In this document: piece after piece, positions 39,343 to 49,176 of the stretch
Numbering within the stretch: position 1 is the stretch's first letter
How the letters are laid out: each line of letters starts with the position of its first letter
Source: Candidatus Limnocylindrales bacterium
GTDB lineage: Bacteria; Moduliflexota; Moduliflexia; Moduliflexales; JAUQPW01
Direction of reading: 5' to 3'
Assembly (NCBI GenBank): GCA_035559535.1
Contig: DATMBG010000044.1
Coordinates: forward strand, 124,001 to 188,000
DNA: 64,000 nt
Translations under genes and position numbers: made by a program
The notes under the pieces: generated by a model
Databases searched by the model: none
What the model was told of the DNA's origin: nothing
What the model saw: only the letters and a program-made list of their open reading frames with translations

Positions 39343-39903
39343 ATGTGGAGGATTCTTAAACTTTTAACCACGCAGGGAAGAGCTAAGGTACCGGGGGGCT
39401 CTCTCTTCCTCTGCCTGCTCTTAGGTGTGATCATAGAGGTACTTTCGACTACCCCGTCTAAGAGCTTCGGCCATGATAGTTCCAACCCTCAAGCTCAAGC
39501 CTTTGAACTTGCCAAGGACTTTAACGGAAAGATGGATCCCCTACTCGCGGTAGGTTTAAGAATGGGTGAATATGCCATGAAAAAATTGGGAGTTAAAAAA
39601 CATGAACTCAAGGTGATTGCCGAGCTTAATTTAGAACCCCCCCAATCTTACATCCTGGATGGTCTCCAGATTATCACAGGGGCTACCTTCGGTAACCGAC
39701 AGATTGAAGTGCTACCTTCGGCTGAACCTAAAATTACCTTTATTAACCTCAATGATGGAGGAGGAAAAGTGACGCTTACGCTATCCAAAAACTTTAGTGA
39801 AAAACTAAATGGGTGGATGAAGGATTGGGGTGACGCGGAGATTGTTTCCTTGTATATTTATACCCTGCCGACTAATGAGGATATTTTTCAAGAAGTTCCT
39901 TAG
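39343..39903 (+). CDS. FmdE-family protein lacking the canonical metal ligands
   Basis: FNGKMDPLLAVGLRMG...PPQSYILDGLQIITGATFGN aligns by eye with FHGHxxP...GxRMG...SCxxDGIQxxTGCT; hydrophobic N-terminus. Confidence 0.65.
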   Translation: MWRILKLLTTQGRAKVPGGSLFLCLLLGVIIEVLSTTPSKSFGHDSSNPQAQAFELAKDFNGKMDPLLAVGLRMGEYAMKKLGVKKHELKVIAELNLEPPQSYILDGLQIITGATFGNRQIEVLPSAEPKITFINLNDGGGKVTLTLSKNFSEKLNGWMKDWGDAEIVSLYIYTLPTNEDIFQEVP

Positions 39904-41113
39904 GGGGTTGCTTCTCCGGGGAGTCGTGGATCAAACCAAAAGATGTCAGATCGGCCTTTAACTTTTCGGCTTTTCCTACCAACTCTCTATAACAGGCTTC
40001 TCGAGTCGAGCCACAGGCAAAAAGGGTGCAAACAGGTTCTCCTTTGTAGATAAGCTCCCCTTCCAGGGGAATATCCCGGATTCCCTTCTCAAACCAATCT
40101 CTTTGAATGGGGGGGACTTTCAAATCTTTTTCGGCAAAGAGAATAGCCTTACCCCAATATCCCTTCTCCAGATAGGTCATAAGATTAAAAGCCGGCAGGT
40201 AACCTTCCAAAGAATTCAGATGGGCCTCCACAATCGGCAGATGGTAGGCTTTTTCAATCAGCTCCATGGCTGCCGTGTAACGAGGGTTGACTTCTAAAAG
40301 ATAGGGGACTCCATCTTTTAAGATAAAATCGATTCCATTAGCTCCCCGGAGTTTAAATTCCCGGGTTAAAAGGGTCGTAATTTCTGCCAGCTCTCCCAGG
40401 AGGTGAGGGCCTTCAGTTTCTCTCCAGACCTTTCCCAGGATGTTTCCACAGTACCTGAATCCCCGGCTACCAAATTCCTCAAGGCCGATAAGTTGTTCTG
40501 TTAAGCCGATCAATACACTATCTTGACCGTTAGCCAGGAACAGGGCAGAGCAAGGCAGACCCGGGATATACTCCTGGATAACCTGTCGAGCTTTTTTTTC
40601 TGGCGCGCTTATCTGGGTAATCCCAAACCCACCCCCGCTACAAATCGGTTTTTGTAAGAATATAGATTGCGAAAATCCAGGATCGCTCTGTTCAATCTTC
40701 CCTTTTCGATCTTCAAAATAGGTTTTGGGGTGGGGAATTTCGGTTCTTTCCAGAAAGGGGAAGAAAATCTTGGGATTACGAATTCGGGAGAGGGTTTTAG
40801 GGGAATTACCCAGCAGAATACTCTTACGCTGAAATTTCTTTAGGAGGGAGGGATAATTTTCCAGATTTGAGGTATAGATAACCGCCTGGAAAGATAAATA
40901 CTGACTGGCAGAAAACAGATTCGAAGCCGTAAAGGGCCTGGAGAAGGTCCGTTTAAGGGAGTAATTCTCACAAAGTCCCTGCAAGTCGTAATCACCGAAG
41001 TAATCCAGGGAGAGAATCTTCCGGGCAGGAAGACTTTTCAAGGCGGATTCGACCATTGCCCGCGTGCTGACTCCAGTTAAAAGGATTCTCATGGAATTCG
41101 ACTTAATCCCCAT
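39872..41113 (-). CDS. ATP-grasp protein of the H4MPT/methanofuran-linked type (COG2232-like)
   Basis: GVSTRAMVESA, LDYFGDYD, QEYIPG, EQLIG, FRYCGNI, LEVNPRY and GEPVCT motifs. Confidence 0.8.
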   Translation of the reverse strand: MGIKSNSMRILLTGVSTRAMVESALKSLPARKILSLDYFGDYDLQGLCENYSLKRTFSRPFTASNLFSASQYLSFQAVIYTSNLENYPSLLKKFQRKSILLGNSPKTLSRIRNPKIFFPFLERTEIPHPKTYFEDRKGKIEQSDPGFSQSIFLQKPICSGGGFGITQISAPEKKARQVIQEYIPGLPCSALFLANGQDSVLIGLTEQLIGLEEFGSRGFRYCGNILGKVWRETEGPHLLGELAEITTLLTREFKLRGANGIDFILKDGVPYLLEVNPRYTAAMELIEKAYHLPIVEAHLNSLEGYLPAFNLMTYLEKGYWGKAILFAEKDLKVPPIQRDWFEKGIRDIPLEGELIYKGEPVCTLFACGSTREACYRELVGKAEKLKADLTSFGLIHDSPEKQPPKELLEKYPH

Positions 41114-41185
41114 AGGTTGACTCAGATTTTAAGCTTATCCAGAATCTGAAGAGAAGGATCTCTTTTTATCCAATTTTTATCGTCT

Positions 41186-42022
41186 TCAAAGCTCCAACAT
41201 AGTCCCTTCGATTCCCGGGATGAGCTGAAAGGTTAAATCAAAAGAGTTTTGGACACCCTGGATGAGGTAATCTAAAAGGAAATCTGTATGACTGGGGTCA
41301 TGGTGGAAGGTAACAAGCCGTTTGACGCCTGTAACGGTAGCAAATTGGATGGTATGGGAAATGGCGCTGTGTCCCCATCCGATACGCTTAGAATACTCCT
41401 CCGGCGTATATTGTGCATCATGGATGAGAAGATCCACCCCTTCGGCCAGGCTAAATCCGGATATCCAATCCGGTTCTCCTGGAAATTCTTTCGCCCCGAG
41501 AGCTGGTTCATGATCCGGCAAGTAGGCGATTGAAGTAGAGCCTTCGGTAATCCGAAAACCCAAGGTCGGTCCGGGGTGACAAACGAGAGAGGCCATAATC
41601 TGAAATCCTCCAATCTGGAAACTGCCTAGAGAGATGTCATGAAGTGTAAGTTGGCAGGGTAAATCCCGTAGCCATACCGGAAAAAGGGGGGGTGAAAGGT
41701 ATCGGGCCAGGCGGGCATGTAAATCCAAGGTTATGGAGGGAGGCCCCCAAATATGGACTTCTTGATCGGGCTGATCTAAGGGTTTGAAAAATCCCAATCC
41801 CTGGATATGATCCATATGAAGATGGGTCAGGAGAAGATCGATACGGGGTACTTCGGGTCCGATAGTGGCCCCCAGACGCCGGATGCCGGTCCCTGCATCC
41901 AGAACTAAGAGAGTCCCATCGGCTCCCCTTACCTCCACACAAGAAGTATTACCTCCGTAGCGGACAGTTTCAGGACCTGGAGCTGCCAGGGAGCCCCGGG
42001 TTCCCCACAGGGTGATTCTCAT
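41186..42022 (-). CDS. MBL-fold metallohydrolase (PhnP/phosphodiesterase-like)
   Basis: MRITLWGTRGS, YGGNTSC, THLHMDHIQG, HDAQY, GWGHS and FHHDP. The ATG overlaps the upstream stop. Confidence 0.88.
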   Translation of the reverse strand: MRITLWGTRGSLAAPGPETVRYGGNTSCVEVRGADGTLLVLDAGTGIRRLGATIGPEVPRIDLLLTHLHMDHIQGLGFFKPLDQPDQEVHIWGPPSITLDLHARLARYLSPPLFPVWLRDLPCQLTLHDISLGSFQIGGFQIMASLVCHPGPTLGFRITEGSTSIAYLPDHEPALGAKEFPGEPDWISGFSLAEGVDLLIHDAQYTPEEYSKRIGWGHSAISHTIQFATVTGVKRLVTFHHDPSHTDFLLDYLIQGVQNSFDLTFQLIPGIEGTMLEL

Positions 42023-42852
42023 AAAGGGTTCTCTTCCTCCCAAAAGATTGCCACGGCACCTAGATGCCGATTTCCTTCTCCTTCCAGTGGAAATGCTGTC
42101 ACTGCAATTCTTCTGAAAATTCCATCCAGACTTCGGATCCAGAATGAACGATGGTCTGCTCGATACTTCTGGAGAGCAATGCTCAGGGGGAGATCCTCGG
42201 GGGAAATAGGAGAACCATCTTCGGCCGTTGGAGTGAAAATGGTAGACCACTCCTCAAAAGGCATTTCACCGGTTTCATTATATCGATGGCCCAGAAGCCT
42301 TTCGGCGGATTCATTGTAAAAAAGCAGGTTTCCGACCGGATCTACCAGGAAGATCGACATGGCAAGATAACTTGAAAGCTGTCGCATGAGGATGACTTCT
42401 ATACACCTGGAAACTTTGAGGTTTTCTACGTTTTGGGCAGCATTTACTACCTGCCTAGGTAGAGGATTTACCTCCCAGAAGATGGATACCGCACCCAGGT
42501 ATCGACCCGCCATTCCCTTTAGGGGGAAGGCGGTAATCTTAATTTTTTTGAAGAGGTTGTTAAAGGTACGAATCCAATAGGCCCGATGGGTTGCCTGGTG
42601 CTTCTGAAGAGCGATTAGTAAGGGTCTGTCTTCCATGGGGAGGGGTGAGCCTTCCTCGGTAATTGCCGGAATCATAGAAGACCATTTTTGCAGAGATACT
42701 TCCCCGATTTCTTTGTATTGACAACCCAGCACTTCTTCAGCCGAACCATTGCAAAAAATTAAGGTTTCACCGGAATCTGCAATAAGGGTGGGTATGGCAA
42801 GATAACTCGCAAGTTGCCGCATTAGAATAATTTCAATATCTTTCTGGGGCAT
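42019..42852 (-). CDS. Tandem PAS-domain protein (internal duplication)
   Basis: Two ~125-aa repeats, each IExILMRQLxSYLA...TAFPL...LGAVxIFWE. Confidence 0.82.
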   Translation of the reverse strand: MPQKDIEIILMRQLASYLAIPTLIADSGETLIFCNGSAEEVLGCQYKEIGEVSLQKWSSMIPAITEEGSPLPMEDRPLLIALQKHQATHRAYWIRTFNNLFKKIKITAFPLKGMAGRYLGAVSIFWEVNPLPRQVVNAAQNVENLKVSRCIEVILMRQLSSYLAMSIFLVDPVGNLLFYNESAERLLGHRYNETGEMPFEEWSTIFTPTAEDGSPISPEDLPLSIALQKYRADHRSFWIRSLDGIFRRIAVTAFPLEGEGNRHLGAVAIFWEEENPL

Positions 42853-42913
42853 AAATCCCCTTTCCGCTCATGGAGGCTTTAGCTGGTCGGGTGGTTTAAG
42901 GATATGTTACTTT

Positions 42914-42947
42914 AAAGTAGAGACGTTGTTGGCAACGTCTCTACTTT
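42914..42947. repeat. REP-type palindrome, possible terminator
   Basis: aaagtagagacgttg-ttgg-caacgtctctacttt. Confidence 0.7.
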
Positions 42948-43147
42948 TTATCCCCCAAAAAGTTTACCAAAAAAGCGGGTCAGTTTAGCTAACAAACCTG
43001 CGGGGGCCTCTGTTGGTTTGATTTCCTCGGGTTTTACTGGTTCAGCAGGCTTTGTTTGCTGAGGGGGACCGGCTTTTTCAGCAGATTTTGAGGGTTCTTG
43101 TTGGGTATCATCTAAGGCTGCTTTTTTAATGGGGGATTATCCCCCAT
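42948..43147 (-). CDS. Frameshifted small ORF coupled to fae (Pro-rich linker plus amphipathic C-terminal helix)
   Basis: The ATG overlaps the fae TGA. A -1 shift at A_AAA_AAG (43127-43121) yields 66 aa ending AGLLAKLTRFFGKLFGG. Confidence 0.45.
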
Positions 43148-43638
43148 CAAGCGAAGGGGTGTTTGGCCGTGTCCTTCTTGGCCAGTACTTCATCGATACT
43201 CGGTTCATTTTTCATGGCTCGGGCAATCGCTTGTTTGGTCGCCTCGTAATTATAATCGTAAATTTTCTTCTTATCCTTGGCATCCCAGTGAATAAATACC
43301 CCGACCACAATCACAATATCTTCGACCAATCCTTTAGGAATTACACCGGCTTCAACTGAATCGGCAACGGCTTTAGCCACTGCTGCCTGGGCCGGACCAA
43401 ACATCAATACCGCTTGGTCTCCCCCCTTGATGGTAACCTTATTCACAATAACGGTCGCCGGTTTTGGTTGGAGGTTTGGGGTTAAGACGGCCAGAAGAGC
43501 GGTATGACCCATTCGCGGCGATACAAGGGTTTGGGCAAAGGCCTGACCTACTGGACCTGTTTTGGAACCTATCAGCAAATCTATATGGGCTACTTCATTT
43601 CCATCCCCAACTAGGGATTCACCGATACGCATATCCAT
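43147..43638 (-). CDS. fae: Formaldehyde-activating enzyme
   Basis: IGESLVGDGNEVAHIDLLIG, NKVTIK, MFGPAQAAVAKAV, GVFIHW and HPF; start at MDMRIG with GGAGG RBS. Confidence 0.96.
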   Translation of the reverse strand: MDMRIGESLVGDGNEVAHIDLLIGSKTGPVGQAFAQTLVSPRMGHTALLAVLTPNLQPKPATVIVNKVTIKGGDQAVLMFGPAQAAVAKAVADSVEAGVIPKGLVEDIVIVVGVFIHWDAKDKKKIYDYNYEATKQAIARAMKNEPSIDEVLAKKDTAKHPFA

Positions 43639-43824
43639 AAGAAGTCCCTCCTTTTCTTTAATTAGACCAGACTGGTAAAGATCCAATAAAGGGCGCTCCT
43701 AAAATCTATACCAGCCCGGTAAGGGTTTACAAATTTGTAGGAAAAGCCCATCAGGCTACCTACACCAGGATCTGATGCGCCCATCAAAGATTCTCTTTTT
43801 TATAAGTAGAGACTCACTTTGCTG

Positions 43825-44724
43825 CTAAAGTCGTTTTTTCGCTGCCTCATAGGCAAATTGAAAATCAACAACCGTCATTTTCTCTGCCGTTCTTATCTTA
43901 TCCAGCATGTCCATTTCCACCTTGTATTTTAAGTCTCCAATAACTAAGGCTCCGATGCCCAAGATGCCTGGAACAATCTCGGCTAAATCTTGATTAGAGG
44001 CAAGTCCCTCAATCCCTGACGGAGGTACGGCATTGACATCTGCCACGATTTTACCCGGTGGGAGCTTTTCCAGAATAGCTTTGGAAAGAACCTGAATACC
44101 GGCTTTAGCCGTTGAGAAGATAAGATGAGCCTCTTTAAGAATATCCAGTTTCTTCTCAGGAGTCCAGGCATAATCTCCCTCTACCGAGACCCCATATCGC
44201 TCCTTAAGGGTTTTGGCAATCGTCTCGGCAAATTCCGGACTTCGAGAAGGATCGGTCTCTACAATCTTCGTATGACAACCGTTTTTTGCACACAGCACAG
44301 CAGCTATACGACCGACCGGGCCGGTACCGCCCAGTATAGCCACATTCTTACCCGCTAAATTACCCATTTTGCAAACTTCAAGGGACTTTTCAACCTTGGC
44401 CAGCAAAGCAGAGGCTGTCGAATAAGCTCCTTTGGGATCAATCATGATGGAAACCTGGAAGGGTGGAAACATGTTTTTCTCCACGGCTTTCCAGATATCC
44501 TCTGCTAAATTGAGATCACTTCCTCCTATGAAAATACTTGAAAATTTAGTCCCCCCGACACCCCGAGAAAAAATAATATCTTGAGCCAAAAGCCCGCCGA
44601 TTTGGGGAGTTACATGGGTATAGGGGATAACAATATCGAATCCCACATCATAGGCCATATTAATATCGAAGGGACTTGCATAATCATCAGTTGTAAACAT
44701 ATACAAAAGGTGTTTTCTTTCCAT
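43825..44724 (-). CDS. mtdB: NAD(P)-dependent methylene-H4MPT dehydrogenase (MtdB/MtdC family)
   Basis: SPFDINMAYD, IFSRG, DPKGAYSTA, GGTGPVG, DVNAVPPSGIEG and GIGALVIGDLKY motifs. Confidence 0.85.
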   Translation of the reverse strand: MERKHLLYMFTTDDYASPFDINMAYDVGFDIVIPYTHVTPQIGGLLAQDIIFSRGVGGTKFSSIFIGGSDLNLAEDIWKAVEKNMFPPFQVSIMIDPKGAYSTASALLAKVEKSLEVCKMGNLAGKNVAILGGTGPVGRIAAVLCAKNGCHTKIVETDPSRSPEFAETIAKTLKERYGVSVEGDYAWTPEKKLDILKEAHLIFSTAKAGIQVLSKAILEKLPPGKIVADVNAVPPSGIEGLASNQDLAEIVPGILGIGALVIGDLKYKVEMDMLDKIRTAEKMTVVDFQFAYEAAKKRL

Positions 44725-45068
44725 AGGTGAAAATTAGTCTCCCTTTTGAAATTCAAAGTTTAGCACATCCACCAGCTCCTTACGGGACTCGGTGAATAAT
44801 CCCCATATCCTCATATCGGGAAGGATGAAATTTCAGGATAATCTGGATGTCAGAAATTAAATCTTAGAGAAAATTAAATAAAGAATCTCAAGCCCTGTCA
44901 AGATAATTTTTTGAATTTTTTACCCAGAGGATATACCCGTCCTGCCGAATTTGGCATATTTTAATAAAAGGGGTTACTTGAGGAGTTGCCTGCTCTCTAT
45001 AGTATTCTAGCTATCTTGTTCCAGGGGAATAGTAGGGGGTATCAACCAACGGAGGACATAAACTTTCC

Positions 45069-46028
45069 ATGAAACCTGTAAGAGATATTCAAGGAATGCG
45101 ACCTAACGTTCCTATCAGCTTAAGTCGCGTCGGGGTGATAGGAGTCAAGAAAATTATTCCCATTAAGCATGATCGGGGAGCGGATCTTTTTTACTCGGAA
45201 ATGGATTTGTATGCAGACCTGTCTCCTGAGCAAAAGGGTCTCCATATGTCCCGATTCAGTACCATCGTCAATGAGATCATCGATGAGGTGATACGATCGG
45301 CTTCCATGGATCTGGAATCCTTTGCAAAAACCGTTGCAGAGAGAATTAATCGAGAACAGAATACCCTGAAATCCGAAGTAGTCATTCGGGCTAAATATCC
45401 TAGAGACCGTCAAACTCCTGTATCTAACCAGGTTTCTCAGGAAATCTATTCTTTAATCAGTATTGCCGTAAGCACGAAGAACCGAACCCGGACCATTGTG
45501 GGTGGGGAAGCCCAGGGTATGACGGTATGTCCCTGTGCGCAGGAAATGGTCCGGGAACATTCCAGGAAAAAACTCTGGGAAGCCGGATTTACCGAAGAGG
45601 ACATTGAAAAAATCTTAGCCACCGTACCGCTTTCCTCCCATAATCAACGAGGAGAAGGAACCCTGTTTGTCGGAACAGACCTGAAAATCAATGTGGACGA
45701 TCTGGTAGATATTGTAGAAGCCTCCATGAGCTCTCAGATTTATCAACTTTTAAAAAGACCGGACGAATTCTTTATCGTACACAAAGCCCATACCCATCCC
45801 ATGTTTGTAGAAGATGTAGTCCGAGAGATGCTTCGAGCGGTCCTGGTTAAATACCCGAACCTCTCCGATGAGAGTTTTCTCCTGGCCAGGCAGCGAAATT
45901 TTGAAACCATCCATAGCCATGACGTCTTTGCAGAACGATACGGTACGGTCAAAGAGATCCGCGAAGAACTCTTTCAGGGAAAGTATCTTACCCGACATAC
46001 TACCCTGCGGAGCTGGTTGGAGGATTAA
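45069..46028 (+). CDS. mptA: GTP cyclohydrolase of the FolE2/MptA family
   Basis: KGLHMSRF, GMTVCPCAQ, HNQRG, LKRPDE, FVEDVVR and ETIHSHD; MptA assignment rests on the H4MPT gene context. Confidence 0.75.
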   Translation: MKPVRDIQGMRPNVPISLSRVGVIGVKKIIPIKHDRGADLFYSEMDLYADLSPEQKGLHMSRFSTIVNEIIDEVIRSASMDLESFAKTVAERINREQNTLKSEVVIRAKYPRDRQTPVSNQVSQEIYSLISIAVSTKNRTRTIVGGEAQGMTVCPCAQEMVREHSRKKLWEAGFTEEDIEKILATVPLSSHNQRGEGTLFVGTDLKINVDDLVDIVEASMSSQIYQLLKRPDEFFIVHKAHTHPMFVEDVVREMLRAVLVKYPNLSDESFLLARQRNFETIHSHDVFAERYGTVKEIREELFQGKYLTRHTTLRSWLED

Positions 46029-46131
46029 AAACCCGGTAGCACATCGGATCTGTTTTTCTTTCAAAACCATTATCCAAAGCAAAGAAAGGAACCAAAAAGT
46101 TCGCAACTTTTAAGCCTTTCGTAAGAGATTT

Positions 46132-46866
46132 TTACCGAATAGCTTCCAGATCCTCCCGGGTAATCCTCCCATTATGGAAAGCGGTAGCAATTAAAGCTCC
46201 TCTAACCCCCAGTTCCTTTAAGGAAATAAGGTCTTCTACTCCCCTGATCCCTCCTCCTACCAGGAGCGTGATATCGGGGTGTTCTCGAAGAATATCCTTG
46301 AGGAGCTCCCCGGCTATGCCGCTCTCTGTTCCAACTTTCGCCAACTCCAGGAAGATAAATTGCCCTATACCCATCGACTTAATTCGATGGATAAGCGAAA
46401 CAGGATCCAAACTTCGAAGTTCCTCGGATTCAGAAAGGACTTTTCCCTCTTTCATATCAAGACTGAATAGGACCCGATCAGAAGGCACCTCTTTTAAAAT
46501 AGAAGCAAGTTCCCATAAACCGCTTAACGTTTCAGAACCCACGATCAATTGATGAATTCCCAAACCCATTACCTGTAAAGCCGATTCCAGATTATTCACT
46601 CCCGCATCTACCATGATCTGACCGTCCGGCAGGTTCTGCACAATCTCTGACAAAATCTTATCAGGCTTTCTTTTCCTTTGAATGGCATCCAAATCGGCTA
46701 TATAAAACCGGGAACATCCCAGTTTATCTTGAAAAGCCTTTAGTACGGCAAGAGGTTCTGCGCTATCCACCAAAATACTTTGAATTTTCTCATATCGGTC
46801 ACGTTCTCCTTTTTTAGCATGGACCACGTAACCACCCTTGAGATCTATCACCGGAATGACTTGCAT
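46132..46866 (-). CDS. HisA/HisF-related TIM-barrel protein (C1-cluster type)
   Basis: IPVIDLKGGYVVHA..GERDRY, YIADLDAI, VGSET and VGGGIRG motifs. Confidence 0.85.
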   Translation of the reverse strand: MQVIPVIDLKGGYVVHAKKGERDRYEKIQSILVDSAEPLAVLKAFQDKLGCSRFYIADLDAIQRKRKPDKILSEIVQNLPDGQIMVDAGVNNLESALQVMGLGIHQLIVGSETLSGLWELASILKEVPSDRVLFSLDMKEGKVLSESEELRSLDPVSLIHRIKSMGIGQFIFLELAKVGTESGIAGELLKDILREHPDITLLVGGGIRGVEDLISLKELGVRGALIATAFHNGRITREDLEAIR

Positions 46867-47089
46867 AACCGATTTACTCGTTTGTATATTTTTCGGTCTG
46901 TTATTCCTTGTATTCTATTCTCCAGGACCTGACGGCTTATAGGGGTAAAAAGAGAGTTAAATGGGTTTTCATCTTAACTCAGGACGTCTTCGAGTGTAAC
47001 AGCGTTGAAATAAAAGTCAACCTTATTTTTAGAACCTTTCTGATTCTTTAATTGACAAGAACCGGGAAAGGACTTTAAATTTCATCCAA

Positions 47090-48094
47090 ATGAAAATCTT
47101 TGTCCATGAATTTATAACAGGGGGTGGATTGATAGGGGAAGAGCTACCGGCCAGTCTTATGAGAGAGGGTGCCTGGATGTTGGAGGCGATTTTACAGGAT
47201 TTTTTATTACTCCCCCAACATCAGATTTTCACATCCTATGATGAACGTTTGCGTCTGACATTACCGGTTCATCAAAAAGTTCCGGTAAAGAGGGATGGTT
47301 ACCTGGAAACTTTTTTATCTTTGGTTCAAGCAACCGATGCCACCCTATTGATTGCACCGGAAACAGACGGGATCCTTGCAAAGCTAACCAGATGGGTAGA
47401 GAAAGAAGGTAAACTTTTATTGGGTTCTACGGCAGAGGGTATTGAATGGACCGGGGATAAGCTATCGACTTATAAACGATTCGAGGCCTTGGGGATACCC
47501 TTTCCTAAAACCCAGGAAGCCAATTTTGGGGAAAACCTTTTGGAAAAAGTCAAGGTCTTGGATCTTCCCCTCATTCTTAAACCTGTAGATGGGGCTGGCT
47601 GTTCCGGAGTATTCCTCCTGAGAAGGATCGAGGACATCCCATCGATCCTTGCCCAACTGGCCCAGGAAACCCGTCACAACCGGTTTCTTATCCAGGAGTA
47701 CATTGCCGGTATTCATGCTAGTGTCTCCGTAATTTCCAACGGAATTCACGCCGTTCCACTTACATTGAATGCCCAGTTTATCGAGGAATCCCAGCGATTA
47801 ATCTATAAAGGTGGATTGGTGCCACTTCCTCATCCTTTAAAGCAAGAAGTTTTTCGCCTGGTCCGGAGTTTACCCACCTGGATTAAAGGTCTTCAGGGTT
47901 ATCTGGGCGTAGATCTGATTTTAACCGAAGATCGGCCCGTCTTCATCGAAATAAATCCGCGTTTAACCACCTCTTACGTGGGAATCCGGCAGGTACTCCC
48001 TTTCAATCTGGCTGAGGCCATTCTGCGTGCCGTTATGAAGAGAGAACTCCCTGAGGAGGTGGAGGTTAGAGGTCAGGTGAAATTTGCCTCATGA
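47090..48094 (+). CDS. mfnD: ATP-grasp ligase, MfnD (tyramine-L-glutamate ligase)-like
   Basis: EFITGGG, EGAWML, IAPETDG, KPVDGAG and IEINPRLTTSYVG motifs. Confidence 0.75.
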   Translation: MKIFVHEFITGGGLIGEELPASLMREGAWMLEAILQDFLLLPQHQIFTSYDERLRLTLPVHQKVPVKRDGYLETFLSLVQATDATLLIAPETDGILAKLTRWVEKEGKLLLGSTAEGIEWTGDKLSTYKRFEALGIPFPKTQEANFGENLLEKVKVLDLPLILKPVDGAGCSGVFLLRRIEDIPSILAQLAQETRHNRFLIQEYIAGIHASVSVISNGIHAVPLTLNAQFIEESQRLIYKGGLVPLPHPLKQEVFRLVRSLPTWIKGLQGYLGVDLILTEDRPVFIEINPRLTTSYVGIRQVLPFNLAEAILRAVMKRELPEEVEVRGQVKFAS

Positions 48095-49149
48095 TTACCG
48101 TAATAGGTTGGGACATTGGAGGGGTTAATACGAAAGGTGCCATTCTGAGATATGAGAAAGGACAAATAGTAGATTTTAAAGTAACCAGTCGGTATTTTGA
48201 AATATGGAAGGATTCAACGGCCCTTGCTTCCGTGCTTAAATCTATAGAACAGGAACTGATAGAAGGGAATTCCGAATCCCGGATTGCTATGGCTCTGACC
48301 ATAACGGCAGAATTGTCCGATATTTTTAGGACCAAGCGGGAAGGGATTGAATTTATCTTAGATTGCATTCAAAATACCTTTACCGAAACATCCCTTTATG
48401 CTTTGGATATCGAAGGGCAGTTGATCAGCTTACAGGAGATTAAAGATCCTGTACGTCTGGCCGCAACGAATTGGCTGGCAACGGCTTTGTTCCTGGGTAA
48501 ATGGTATAAGAACGGTTTACTGATAGATATCGGAAGTACCACAACGGATATCATCCCCCTGAGAGATGGAAAAGTAGCCGCGCAAGGTCGAACGGATATG
48601 AATCGGCTTATAACGGGGGAGCTGGTCTATACCGGGGTCCTGCGGACTCCGATTAGCTCGGTGGTTTCACAGGTTCCTGTAAGAGGCGAGTTTTGCCGTA
48701 TTTCCCCGGAGTACTTCGCCATTTTGGGGGATGTTTATTTAATCCTTGGATATATTCAGGACTCCGATTATGTATGTGAAACCCCAGATAAACGTCCCAA
48801 AACCCGGCAATTTGCCGGAGAACGGTTAGCCCGAATCGTTTGTGCCGATGGAGAGATGCTGGGTGAAGAAGAGATTACCACACTAGCCCGTTATATCTAC
48901 GAAAAACAAATCCAACAAATCACAGAGGCTTTGATGCAGGTTCTCTCCCGTTTCCCAGACGCCTACAACTTCCCGGTGATTACCTGTGGTCTAGGAGAGT
49001 TCCTTGCTAAAAAATGCTGTGAGCGATTGGGATTGAAAGTTGAAGGAGTTACAGAGATTTTAGGCTCTCAGGCCTCTCGGGTTGCCCCCTGTGTGGCTCT
49101 GGCTTATCTGTTGGCTGAAAAACTGGATCAGGCCGTCCGTTGTTCCTGA
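48091..49149 (+). CDS. mfnF: Hydantoinase/oxoprolinase-fold H4MPT-linked protein, MfnF-like
   Basis: GWDIGGVNTK, TAELSDIF, ATNWLATA, DIGSTTTDIIP, GELVYTGVLRTP and RLARIVCAD motifs. Confidence 0.78.
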   Translation: MITVIGWDIGGVNTKGAILRYEKGQIVDFKVTSRYFEIWKDSTALASVLKSIEQELIEGNSESRIAMALTITAELSDIFRTKREGIEFILDCIQNTFTETSLYALDIEGQLISLQEIKDPVRLAATNWLATALFLGKWYKNGLLIDIGSTTTDIIPLRDGKVAAQGRTDMNRLITGELVYTGVLRTPISSVVSQVPVRGEFCRISPEYFAILGDVYLILGYIQDSDYVCETPDKRPKTRQFAGERLARIVCADGEMLGEEEITTLARYIYEKQIQQITEALMQVLSRFPDAYNFPVITCGLGEFLAKKCCERLGLKVEGVTEILGSQASRVAPCVALAYLLAEKLDQAVRCS

Positions 49150-49176
49150 CAGGACAATGGATGGGACAATAGATCA

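Noticed and set aside
43126..43149. fae TGA followed by a hairpin (atggggga-taa-tcccccat) as a Sec readthrough site
   Set aside because: Fae normally ends near HPF, no Cys is expected there, and readthrough meets TAA after six more codons.
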